A stretch of DNA of 62,833 bases, the filler included, from Hausera hauseri (taxonomy: Eukaryota), in assembly GCA_046269625.1 (NCBI GenBank). It is 10 parts of 10 records of this genome, joined end to end, with 100 filler letters (N's around TTAATTAATTAA, not from the genome) between each part and the next. Parts side by side here need not be neighbours in the genome. Positions count along the whole stretch, not along the records: positions 12,181 to 16,358 come from JBJURY010717546.1; positions 16,459 to 20,412 come from JBJURY010861743.1; positions 20,513 to 31,632 come from JBJURY010123317.1; 7 more parts are not named here. One strand, written 5' to 3'. A program made the translations under genes and the position numbers. Under the pieces are notes generated by a model that ran no database searches, was not told the DNA's origin, and saw nothing but the letters and a program-made list of their open reading frames with translations. Below are positions 12,868 to 23,916 of this stretch, piece after piece; within the stretch, counting starts at the first letter, position 1, and each line of letters opens with the position of its first letter.

Positions 12868-14466
12868 TATATCTTTCACTATTGCTTTTTAACGAAAAGT
12901 AACTCTACTTTGATTTTAAATTTATAAAAATCCAAACTCAAAATAAGAATAATTGCATTATTTACAATATTTGATTTTTATTTTTTTGACTAATTGTGAC
13001 AGCTTCGTTCGTCTAATCAAAAATTCCCATCATGTAACACTACATTTTGTGATAAACAATGAATTTTATTCACCATTACATGTAAATTTAAATTGAATTT
13101 CTTAATTAAATTAATGCAATGAACACTAACCTATTAATTATTTATTTTACAGCAGTTACCTTTGCTCAGTTTTTACAATATTACATATTTAAAATGAATT
13201 GATTTAAGAAGCAGTGATGTAATACAATTTTACTGCAATCGTAAAATTAATAAAGCTTTTAACAATAGGGGTGCTTTAATTATCAGAAGTATTTAAACAA
13301 TGACAAGTGTAATGGATTCAACAAAGATGTCTTTTTCAGATTAATATTGTCAAATTTGAAAATTTTATTACCTTTTACTATTATTTAACATGTTTATATG
13401 TAATACTTATATGATAATATATTTCTAGGTCGATATAGCATCACATGAATGTATATTTGCTAGTGTTTAGGTGAATTTAACACATTAAATAAAAATACGA
13501 CTGGACTGACTGTATTGAATTATAGCACAATGATGGATAAATGCTGCACTTAATCGAATTGAATTGACTGAAATCATTTTTATGCACTTAAATTGTATTA
13601 TATATGACAAATCGATATTCAAATAATTTGGACGAATGCAACATTTGTTTCACAATAAATTTTAAATCTCTTCTAATTTATTTTGTACAGAAGTTTAAGA
13701 TTTAAACAAAATTACCCATTAAGAAACAAAACAGCACTACAATCAGCATACTATGAGAGAAACTTTTTGTTGGAATATCCTTGAGTTTTCTGAATATTTA
13801 AAAAAAAATTTTGAATGGTTTTCTTGAATGTTTTTCAAAACTTTGAATCTTAATTTAATACGATCATATGCATAGTTGTCGATGCAATGAACTTTAGACT
13901 TAAGAAAGTATTTTATGAATAAAACATTGATATAGATCCTAGTTTTATTTAAATCAAATAAAAATGACCAATTAAATCATTTTGTTTTTAAAGCAAGTAG
14001 ATATACAATGATTTATGGGGTATGTTGATTTAAAGTTTTACATGCAAGTGTTACGTTCGAGCCGAATTCAATGTTAAAATAATATTTTCATAGTTTTTGA
14101 ATTGTTCAGCAAATGAGACAATTTATATTTTATTGATATAGATAAACGACGTTTTATATATAATGAAGAAATTTCAAACTACATAATATAATCTGTTAAA
14201 TTTTGTACGATTCAATTATTTAACATTCGATTATAACGGATAATTAAATTAAATTACATATATGTTAAAGGTAATAACATATTATTTGTTTCTTGGACTT
14301 TTATAAATAAAACGTAAATTTTGTTTGGCCTGAATCATGGATATCCAGTGCAAATGTTATATAATATAACATGTAGAATATTAGTTCAAATATTCGTTAG
14401 TTTAAAAGGATATTGTTGTAAACATACTATTGTAAAATAACATCTAAATCACGATATATTTATTTA

Positions 14467-15351
14467 TCACAAAAAATCAAAAATATTTGGTCTATTAATG
14501 GATTGAAGATGATTAAATCTCTCATTTAATGCTACGCTTCTTTGAAGAAGTTTTTCTTTCTCAATTTCATTCAAAAAATTTCTATAATACGTTTTCAAAA
14601 ATGTGTTACTTGAATTTACTTGAATGATACAGTTTCGTATTTTGATTTCTTTTTGAATTTTCAAATCGAGAACTGTTTGAAGGCAATTCATTTCTATCAT
14701 TTGACACGTTCTGTGTTCCTCCTTTATCTTTTCAAATTTTTCCATCCAATTGGAATTTATGGTATAATTTTTACAATGCTCATATTCATTTGTTTGTTTC
14801 AAAATATGTACACCTGTTAAATTGTTTGCTTCGAGATTATTTTCTAAACTATGTGAACTATTTGGATCTGACAGATTAAATTTCTCATTATTCAAGTCAT
14901 GATTGATTTCATTTGTCTGACTTAAAATACTTTCATTTGCTAAATCTCTCGTCTTTAGGTTCTTTTGTGAAATACATGAACTACTAGAATCTGAGAGATT
15001 AAATTCATCATTGTTAAAATCATCATTGAATTCATTTGTCTGACTTAAAATACGTTCATTTGCTAAATCAGTCGGCTTGAGGTTCTTTTGTGAAATATAT
15101 AAACTACTTGAATCTGATAGATTAAATTCTTCATTATTTACGTCATAATTGAATTCATTTTTCTGATTTAAAATATGTTCTTCTGTTGAAGTAATACTAT
15201 TAGAATTGTTAGATGAACTGCTGCTTGAAGATAATTCACTTTTGTTGCTGTCCAATAAATAATCATTTAGTGCATTTTCGTGTTTGTTAAACGAATTCAT
15301 GTAGTTTGATTCTTCTTCTTTGTAACGACATTCTATTATACAATTGATCAT
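14467..15351 (-). CDS. Uncharacterised 294-aa Asn/Ser-rich protein with three 41-aa tandem repeats and a helical C-terminus
   Basis: 885-bp uninterrupted ORF in very AT-rich DNA; repeat unit xQxNEFNxDxNNxxFNLSDxxSxxxSQKNLKxxDLANExIL. Confidence 0.65.
   Translation of the reverse strand: MINCIIECRYKEEESNYMNSFNKHENALNDYLLDSNKSELSSSSSSSNNSNSITSTEEHILNQKNEFNYDVNNEEFNLSDSSSLYISQKNLKPTDLANERILSQTNEFNDDFNNDEFNLSDSSSSCISQKNLKTRDLANESILSQTNEINHDLNNEKFNLSDPNSSHSLENNLEANNLTGVHILKQTNEYEHCKNYTINSNWMEKFEKIKEEHRTCQMIEMNCLQTVLDLKIQKEIKIRNCIIQVNSSNTFLKTYYRNFLNEIEKEKLLQRSVALNERFNHLQSINRPNIFDFL
14805..15175 (-). repeat. 123-bp in-frame tandem repeat (about 3 copies)
   Basis: Recurring ttcatttgtctgacttaaaata and gaatctga-agattaaatt blocks at 123-bp spacing. 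Confidence 0.85.
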
Positions 15352-15638
15352 AGATTTATCTTCATATAAAATTATACGTACTTTTATTGGATAAATGAGT
15401 TATATTTTACTCATTTACTAATATTTGTATAATTTTAAATAATTAAGATCCGAGGACTCGTGACCAACAAAACAGTATTTATTATTTACTGCATAGCAAG
15501 TGATAGTTAAATGAATAATAAAAGCAAACACATGTTTGTTTGTTATTTATGCCAAAATTAATCGGAGATTGAATAATAAATATAGTTTAAATATTTTTCG
15601 AAACTTCAATACAAATTATAATCAAATGTAAGGTATTA

Positions 15639-16358
15639 CACTCTCTTGCAACAGATTAAGACCGCTGTTTCTAAAACTGAAAATTATAATTAGAAAACAT
15701 AAAAATATATTTTACAATAAAGTGCTTTAATATTCCATAGCAATTCTTTGAGAAGTACATACATTAAACAAAAGGATAATAGTCTCACGTATTATAAGTC
15801 AGTATTTGTAGAATATCCTTTAGCTGCAATCACCGCTTCAAGACGCTTTTGCATGGATGAAACAAGCTGTTGGCAATATTTGGGGGTAATTTCAGTGCAC
15901 CAAACGGAAGTGATGCATTCCTTTAGATGATCTAGTGAAGATGGCTGTTTGGAAGCAGCCCGATATTTCATTACTGCTCATAAATGTGCAATGGGATTCA
16001 GATCGAGCGAATTTCCAGGCCATGCCAGGACTATGATATTTTGGTATTGAATCCACTAGGTGACAATTTTCGCACGGTGGCATGGCGCCCCATCGTGCAT
16101 CAGTGTTGATGTTCGGTGAATTCTAAAAATGTATGTAACTTCTCGTGGAGCAATTTTAAGTATTCTACACCATTCCTTGTAGAACCTGGTGGCAAAAAGT
16201 ATAATCCCGCTCGCCCTTTGGTAGAAATTGACACATATATCATTTGCTTCGGTGGATGCATTATGGTTGCAACTGTAAACCTTGGATCATACCGTGAAGC
16301 GAGAGGTCGTCGAATCCGCTGTGTTCTGCTACCAAACTGTTCAAATGTGCACTCATCG
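15639..16358 (-). mobile_element. Tc1 element, 3' half (DD34E domain plus TIR)
   Basis: MHDGAPCHRAK...PGNSLDLNPI...QLVSSMQKRLEAVIAAKGYST; TIR TA-CACTCTCTTGCAACAGATTAAGACCGCTG; last 77 bp identical to 12181-12257. Confidence 0.92.
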
Positions 16359-16458
16359 NNNNNNNNNNNNNNNNNNNNNNNNNNNNNNNNNNNNNNNNNN
16401 NNTTAATTAATTAANNNNNNNNNNNNNNNNNNNNNNNNNNNNNNNNNNNNNNNNNNNN
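16359..16458. other. Artificial contig spacer
   Basis: N44-TTAATTAATTAA-N44. Confidence 0.99.
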
Positions 16459-17391
16459 CTCTGTTGAGACTCTAAACAGCGTCAAAATGAAAGGCAACAC
16501 CAGTCTATACAGTATCAAAGTACTCATTAAAACTGCTCTGATTTACAGTGCGAACACAAAAACGACTCATTTGAAGAAAACCATCGGATACGATGCCACA
16601 GCGGCAAACCGTTAGGCATGGGTGGCAGAATCAAAACGGCTTACAATGTTGGATCGCTGTACTTTGACTTTTTCGATCAGCCGAAATACCTACTGCCCGG
16701 TGTTAAAGCCATGATTCGGTTCAAACGCAACGACAATATCTTTTGTTTGAAAACAGCAGTTGCAAATCTCAAATTCATACTGAAAATTACCAAGGCACGA
16801 TTATACGTACGTCGTATCAAGGTAGAACCATCTGTGCTCATGAGACATCGATTGGGCTTGGAAACACAAAATGTCTCTTACCAGTTACAACGCACAGAAC
16901 TCGTGTTTTACACTATATCCAAAGGTTCAACTACGTTTCACAAAGATGCACAGTTTGGCGACCTGCAATTGCCGAAATTTGTGCTTGTTACATTTCAAAC
17001 GACTGCTCAATAAACGGGCAGTTATACCACCGATTCGGAAACGTTTAGTCATAGCCATGTGAATTACATCTGCTTGCTTCGGAATGCGGATTTCTTTGCG
17101 ACCGGTGATTATGTTTGCACATATATGCAATCTATCGTGCGCAACATGGGTTTGCTGAACAAAAATGTTAAGAATAGCACACCGATGGATTTGTTCAAGT
17201 CCACCTATCTATTCTTCACCTTTCTCCTGGCTCCTGATTATGATGTTGAACAGACTCAACTACCTCAGCAGGGAAACCTGAAACTGGAGGTTCACTTTGC
17301 TAAAGCGTTGGAGCAATCTATCTTGATGTACATTTACGGTGTATTTGATGCCGAGGTTGAAATAACGAAAAACGGAATTGTTATTGTATAA
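16459..17391 (+). pseudogene. Polinton/adintovirus major capsid protein (double jelly-roll, PY/hexon), C-terminal part
   Basis: LYFDFFDQPKYLLPGVKAMIRFKRN...ARLYVRRIKVEPSV...QLPKFVLVTF...FFTFLLAPD...GNLKLEVHFAKAL; in-frame stop at 17011. Confidence 0.9.
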
Positions 17392-17471
17392 ATAAAATCC
17401 GCTGTGTTTCATGTCTTCTTCTTCTTCTTCTTCGTACTATGAAGTAATTTACTTTGATTACTACTACTACC

Positions 17472-17850
17472 ATGCTTAAATCGCATTTTACATTTACCTT
17501 CATTGAGCTAAGTCACTACGGTAAACTGCTCTTGGGCTTGACATTCCGTGGCGTGTTTCAGCTGCACTGTGTGCCGCGTAATTAACGACAAACTAATGGT
17601 GGCTGTTTTATTGTCAATAGACACACGTCATCGCTGACTAGCGAACATTGAATTGCTATGTATGTCTATCCGACCGTCATCAGAGTATTCGATCTGCTCG
17701 TATTTTACTATCCGTCATCGTTAGTTTCTCAAATTAAAATACAGTCATTATTATCACACCGTGTTGTATATAATAGACTTCATCATCAACATCCAATGAC
17801 TATACTGTGTGGATATTACTGCTTATTGTGGTTTTCATTACAATCGCTTT
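17472..17850 (+). pseudogene. Polinton adenain-like cysteine protease
   Basis: FRGVF...CFIVN..T....EH(W)IAMYV...VFD...Q....ILCGYYCLLW, directly downstream of the capsid gene; disrupted. Confidence 0.8.
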
Positions 17851-18639
17851 TCTTAAATATTTATTTTTTTGCTGTTTTTGAAGCTTTTGGTTTGTGTGCG
17901 TAGTGAAATTCCGTTACGATAATAGATTTTCGGTTTTGTAAGCAAAAAACTTCAAACTTGACTTGATGATTTTTAACGAAAATTTTCACCTACCTACAAT
18001 CGTCTATCGTGAGGCGTCTATAATACGAAATGCTCAACTATCGACAGTCTACGTGCTCAACCCATTTCCACCACTGTCTGACTTGTGCAGGGGGAAATTT
18101 TACCCGTTTGAAATTTTCCCTTTGGCTTTTCCCCATGTTCCCATGGTTAGACAAAGCTGTAACCTTGTCCATTGGATTCATCAACATCGATTTACCCTTT
18201 GTACACAATTTCTGAGTGATAGAAAATTGTTTCTTGTTACGCGTGACGCATTTCCTGTTTTGCTTTTTCTTCTTCAAGCACCTCTGCCTTACATTTCGCA
18301 AAGCCGCACCTCTAATAACCTTTGCTTATATTGTCACGCGTTATCCATATCATCCGGTTCAAAGTCTATTTCTCGATCTCCTTTTCGGCTGGGAAGAGGG
18401 TCTTTATAAAATTTTAGTGAAATTCTCGAAATAGCCAATCAGGTGGGAAAAGAGGTTTTCCAACAAATCAGAGAGGTGCGATAGACAGGATACTTCTATC
18501 TACTATCGTATTTGTTGTAGCGAATAGGCAAGGCTTGATGTATTAATCTTTGTCATCCTGTCGTTTATTAATTATTGTTGTTATCATATTAGTTAGAATT
18601 CTATTGAATCTTTCTTTTTTCCATTAGTTTGTGGATAGT

Positions 18640-19602
18640 GTGGGGTTATTTTCAATTTTAATATATGAAATATTTTCGAAACATCTGCCATAACTTATGA
18701 AAATTTTTTGGCCTGGTCTGTTAGTAGCTTAGAAGGTGCTCCATAATTAAACACGATCTCTTCATCAAACGCTTGAGCGACAGTTTGAGCTTTCTGATCG
18801 GGGATTGAGATCACAACTGGCCATCTAGAAAACAAATCCACAAACACAAGCATATACTTGTTTCCATTTACAGTCATCGGTAATGTCCATCGCTAAAAAT
18901 TCCATGGGGCTGGTACACATTCCAATGGTTTAAGAGGAACCTTGATTTTTGAGCCAGTATATATCTTAGTAGCACAAATTGGGCAACCTTTGCACCATTC
19001 TTATACATCTTTAGGCATGTTGTATCAATAGTATTTCCTTTTCAGTCTGCATAAGGTTCTTTGTATCGACTGATGGTCTCCGAACATACAATCGTGATAT
19101 TGAGTCAATAATAACTTTGTCTTCTTGTGGTACAACTACAACTAGTTTTGCATTATTATTATAGTATAATATGCAGTCCTTCATCTGATAGTTTTCAGAA
19201 AATTTCACTAAATTAGCATGAAGGTTGGTGTCGTTCGGTACTGTTTTCTTTAGCCTTTTTTCTTTTATCGTAGTTGAGCCGATATGGTCTCTCCTTGATG
19301 GGAGTTTCCATTCCTTGTTTCAATTTGATTTAATGCTTAATGACTGGTATTATTCCCATGTCATATTCATCTATTGCGAATACGTCTTTATACTGCTTTA
19401 TTGTTTCGATTATACCTTCTTTTTTCACATTTGTTAACGAGCTTTCCTTGCCGAATAGATCATAGTCATTCCAATTAATAGGAGTTTTCACAAGTTTCGT
19501 GGTCTTTTTGTGTTTACTATGATGGGTTTTTAATTTATTTAGCGATTTATCTTCAAATCGTATTTTACATTCTGTCCGTGCTTTTCGACTTTGTTTCTCC
19601 AT
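18640..19602 (-). mobile_element. Ty3/Gypsy pol remnant (pre-RT linker, integrase zinc finger and core)
   Basis: KQYKDVFAIDEYDMG; WCKGCPICA; TVNGNKYMLVFVDLFSRW...A.TVAQAF...FNYGAPSKLLTDQAKKF; RT/RNase H deleted. Confidence 0.9.
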
Positions 19603-19959
19603 AATTCACATAATTCTTGCACAGTGGATATAATGGTTTCTGTTGCATTATTGCCTATATCATTTATGGTTTATACAAAAGCAATTCTTGTATCTTTTTC
19701 TTAGTAATTTTGGTTTATTGGACACATTTGCTATTAGAACAATTATCTGTTGTTCCCGTTAAGACTTTCTATCTGTTGAGGAAACAAAATCATTCTCCTG
19801 TGGTTTTCCATATCCTGTTCGGAATAGACTCCCTTCTTCACTAAATCCGTCAACGGTTTGTACGTTTGTTCAGTTTTTAAATTAATTAGACTGATTCTTT
19901 TTTTGCATTCTTACACCAAAATTGTCGTTCAGTCAAAATGCTGGAGACATTGTGAATAT

Positions 19960-20412
19960 TCAGTTTTGATATACGTATGGTTTTTCTATAGGTTCTAGCA
20001 ATATCCAAGTAATTGGCTGTAAAAATCTTGGCTTTCCTTCGGCAATCGGTCTTAGTTTGACAGTTACTTTCGTACTTTCAAATGTCACAAGAGTTTCTCC
20101 TATAGTTTGCGCAAACTTTCCTTCTGCATCGGGTAGTTCAGCAGGATTTTTTATTATTCCATCCGTTATGGCTGCTAAGTATATCCGATTTCTAAATATT
20201 TCTCTGTTCCATTTGCAATCGTTCAAAATTATTTCGCGATACATTGCATAAATATTTTGAAAGATATAGATATAATCTATTTTGATATTGAAGTATAAGT
20301 ATGGTTTTACTTCTGATTTGTCGATTTTCCTTTTCGCTTTAACTACCTTAGTTGTTGAGAAAAATATTCCTTTGTAGTTTGTACGATATGTTACTTGGTT
20401 CCATCTTTTTGT
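19960..20412 (-). pseudogene. Chuvirus-type (class III fusion) glycoprotein / env fragment
   Basis: Frame open from the contig end: YRTNYKGIF...YLYFNIKIDYIY...MYREIILNDCKWNREIFRNRIYLA...GKFAQTIGETLVTF...VTVKLR...RFLQPITWIL. This parallels chuvirus G (Y.NSKF.Y...LY..I....C..ER..L.N.L.LA...G....AGEV...V.V.LR...FL.P.T.IL). Confidence 0.7.
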
Positions 20413-20512
20413 NNNNNNNNNNNNNNNNNNNNNNNNNNNNNNNNNNNNNNNNNNNNTTAATTAATTAANNNNNNNNNNNNNNNNNNNNNNNNNNNNNNNN
20501 NNNNNNNNNNNN
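20413..20512. other. Artificial contig spacer
   Basis: N44-TTAATTAATTAA-N44. Confidence 0.99.
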
Positions 20513-20601
20513 ATATTTCCCATTTCCAAATCGATATTTATTTCCAATAATTTGTTATCAAAATATAAAATTCAAAACAAATCCAAACTAAACACGCCAA
20601 A

Positions 20602-21308
20602 TGTTATATAATTGCGGTGACCCTTACTCAACTCCCACTATACAACAGTAATTTCACTTAAAGTTTCAAATCTTACCAGGTTCGGTCTATTCGTAATCGA
20701 ATAGACAGAATGTACCTTAACAATTTTAATATTGCTATGAAGGTAATTGATTGCCGTCCTGTGCCGATAGTTAGATTGTTCTCCCTTGTCTATGAAGTTT
20801 AAGTATCAATTTATTCTTAGTGACGTCAAATCACCTTTTAAGGGACGATGGAAATTATATGCAGATTAAAACAAAAAGGAGAAAACTTTACCGAGTACTT
20901 TAATTTTCACTACACGAATGCAATTTCTGATTATCAGTCGAATCAACAACACAAGGGAAAGTCAATCAGTAATTCAATTGTTTCAATGTTTGATGCACAA
21001 TCTCGCAAGTTCTTACGTTCTGATTTTCTCTCCAATCTTCTCTCTTTTTATATAGTTTGAATTTCATAATTAATTTATTTCACAACGATTTTTATTCAAT
21101 TCCTCCAGAATACTTTCTCAATAGAACTCGATTCTACACATAAAATAATTTATTTTCGGACTACAATTACATTTTATTGCTTCAGTGCAATTTCAATGAA
21201 CGATATAAATAATAAATGGTAATTTTGATTAAATATTTATATTACATATACACATCTAATGCCGTTATTCTTATACCATCCTTTATGTTATCGCCTCTAT
21301 TTACAACA
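20602..21308 (-). repeat. 3' LTR (707 bp, TGTT...AACA) of retroelement A
   Basis: Minus strand PPT AGGGAGGAGAAA (21309-21320) directly followed by TGTTGTAAAT...TATATAACA; TATA-like TATATAAAAA near 21050 and AATAAA near 20812. Confidence 0.8.
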
Positions 21309-23715
21309 TTTCTCCTCCCTGACCGGTATCCTCGGATGTGACCATTGCGCTAAGAGAGGTGCCGTGAGAACGAGGCGGACGTAATATTTCCATACGCCGT
21401 CTTAGGCTAGGCCCAGAACTAGTACTTGGCTGGTTTTCTCTAGGATTTATTTCTAGTTCATAACTATGGTACGGCTTTATTCTAACTATTCTAGTGTAGG
21501 TACCGTTTGAGTAATATTTTAAGTCGGCAGCCTCGGCTCTGCACACAGGACATGTGGTCTTTCCATTATCTAATGTCCATTTCTCTAAGCAATCTCTGCA
21601 ATATTTGTGCTAACAGTCTGGGTTATTTAATATTACGTAATCTTGTTTTAAATTTGCCTCGCATACTGGGCATTCATTCTCTTCTTTCTCCCAATTTTCG
21701 TCGTCTAAGTCGACTCTTAGCATAATTTTGATAGGTTTCACTATCAATCCTTCTTCGTCCTGATACAAATAAGCACATATTCTCTTCTGTTTCGGGTTTA
21801 TGGAACTCTTTTTGGGATCGCATCCTACGGTTATTAGCGTCCAATCGCTGATAGTGTTTCGATCTAAATCGGGAATTTCACCAGTCGATCGGTATTTTTG
21901 ATTTTGTTTCTTTAATAATAGCTTTACTGATATATCCACGGGAACTAAAATTTTGCCATTTCTTCTGGACTGGAATATCGGAGCAACGTATTTCCCGATT
22001 TTAGGATTCTCCCAGACATGAGTATTCTCATAAGCTTGTCTGCCGGGCATTGATTTGACAAAAAACATTGCCTCTTTTATCCTTTGTTTACTGTAATATT
22101 CTGTTGCTATTAACATCCTGGGGTGATCCGCCGTGGTGGCATAGTGTATATCTTCCGTAGAGTTCTTTTTTCTTAGGACGTTTATTTCTGTTATCTGTCG
22201 TTTCTGATTACTCGGTTTTCTTGTGGATTTCACAATATGGGCCTGCATGTCTGTTTTTGATGTTTCTTTTGCTGTTATTCTTGGTTTATCTGGTTGTGTT
22301 GATTTTGAATCTTTTCCGTCTGGTCTGTGTCCTTCTTTCGGTCCTTTTTCTCCTTCTTTACTTTTCTCCTTGAATAAGTAATCGAAAAAGGAGGTTTTCC
22401 TTTTAGTTGTTTTTCCGATTTCGACCTCTGAAATTCTATCTCTTTCTTCTACGTATTTCCGAGGAACTTCTGGTACTTTAAATAGATTATTATCTGTTGT
22501 AACGGCATAACTTGTACTGGGCTTTCCATCTGTACATAGTTTATTCTCCATTTTCTCTGTTTCAATCCTTGGATAGTTATTTGGTAATTCCACTTTGTTG
22601 TGGTCTCGACGCTTCTTGGTGGAGAGTATTGGCGGAAGTGTTTTCTATAACGTGTGCTGATTCCTTCAAGCTTGGGAAAATTTCGAAGGTTCTGTCCGGG
22701 GTTATTGGGAATCCATTCGTGTTCCCATTTTAATCCAGCATTTATGTCCCTTAGATATTGGGATCTTTGGCTAGCGGCCAGAAGTCTGCTGATTTTTATA
22801 TTTCTTCCAGTCATGGCTTCTACCATAAGTTTGAATCTGCCCTCCACAGTTGGTGGTAGATAACATTTCTTTTCTTTGATCTTGATCTCCATTTGTCTCA
22901 TAACAGTCGGATGGGTTTCTATCTTCCTCACTCCGTCTATGTGCGTTACCTGTAGGTTTAATTGCTCTATCATTCGTTCTACCTGATACCCCACTAAGAC
23001 GTATCCGTAGAGGTATTGTGCTACTTCCTGTTGCAACAACTTGAAATCCTTTCCATGATTTGTTCTTTTTTATCCCAGTAACTTCTGCATAAGTTTCTAG
23101 CACTTTCTTTCTCGGATTAATAATTTCCCAATAGACTTCGGCCCCGTTTTCTTCTCTGATGGATATTTCAGTCGGAATATAATTTCCCTCTTCTCCTTCT
23201 ACATAGTTTACTGCGACAATTCTCAGATTCCTGTCATTAGTTACCAATCTAAATGAATGTAGGTGTGCGTCCTGCTCTTCGGTGGGCCTTTGCCTAAACT
23301 CTAAGGACGGAAATAAAATGGGTATTGTCTCCTCTTCAGTTATTTCGACCATTTTTACAGGTAAGGCGGCTACACGAAACTCTAACTCGTAACTATGGAA
23401 ATTCCTGCTGTTAAATACAAACGTGCTAAATCGCCTTTGTCTTCCTTGGAAAGAGTCCCATTTTTGATTCTTCAGTCGATAGTAAATTTCCCCATCTGCC
23501 AAGTTTACATATATCTTCTGTTCCTTGTCCGTTTGGTGCTTGGTGATCTGCTTCAAAGGGTATGCTCTGGCGTCCTTATCCTCTCTCTAGGCATATAAAC
23601 GTATAGCTCTGGCTTCTTCGCTCGTTCCTTTCAAACTCTTTGGTATCTCGCCAACCTTTTAGTATTGAACGATGTTCTTTCCTTGCAATTCTGTATTGAT
23701 TTGCCTATAGATAGC
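21301..23715 (-). pseudogene. LTR-element accessory ORF (about 800 aa reconstructed): REXO4/ISG20-like DEDDh-fold domain, Lys/Thr-rich linker, C3HC4 RING finger
   Basis: Joins ORFs 22771-23556, 22449-23039, 21610-22593 and 21301-21546 through two frameshifts (about 23065 and 22600) and a TAG at 21610. Motifs: EISIREENGAEVYWEIINPRKKV...VTGIK/HGKDFKLLQQEVAQYLYGYVLVGY and CPVC-x15-C*HKYCRDC...CPVCR. Confidence 0.75.
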
Positions 23716-23727
23716 TTTTAAGTTTGT

Positions 23728-23916
23728 TTGGCTACTGCAGCAGAAAGGATAAATCCTGAAGACAGAAGACAAGCATACAACAAACCAATCAATGATATAA
23801 ATGATTGTGGAGATGGATTTATTGAATTCAAAACGTATGAAGAATTAAAATCAATAAAAGGTGCCATCCATAACGACACAATGACAGTCAGATGCCGCGT
23901 ATTGCCATGCAAATGA
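23728..23916 (+). pseudogene. MATH/TRAF domain C-terminal fragment
   Basis: AYNKPINDINDCGDGFIEFKTYEELKS...IHNDTMTVRCRV* matches the end of TRAF-type MATH domains; 5' part is absent and abuts retroelement A. Confidence 0.6.

Noticed and set aside
17963-18434. Overlapping ORFs between the Polinton protease and Gypsy integrase
   Set aside because: No recognisable motif on either strand.
19960-21308. Env fragment and LTR A as parts of one element
   Set aside because: They are separated by a contig spacer, so there is no linkage evidence.
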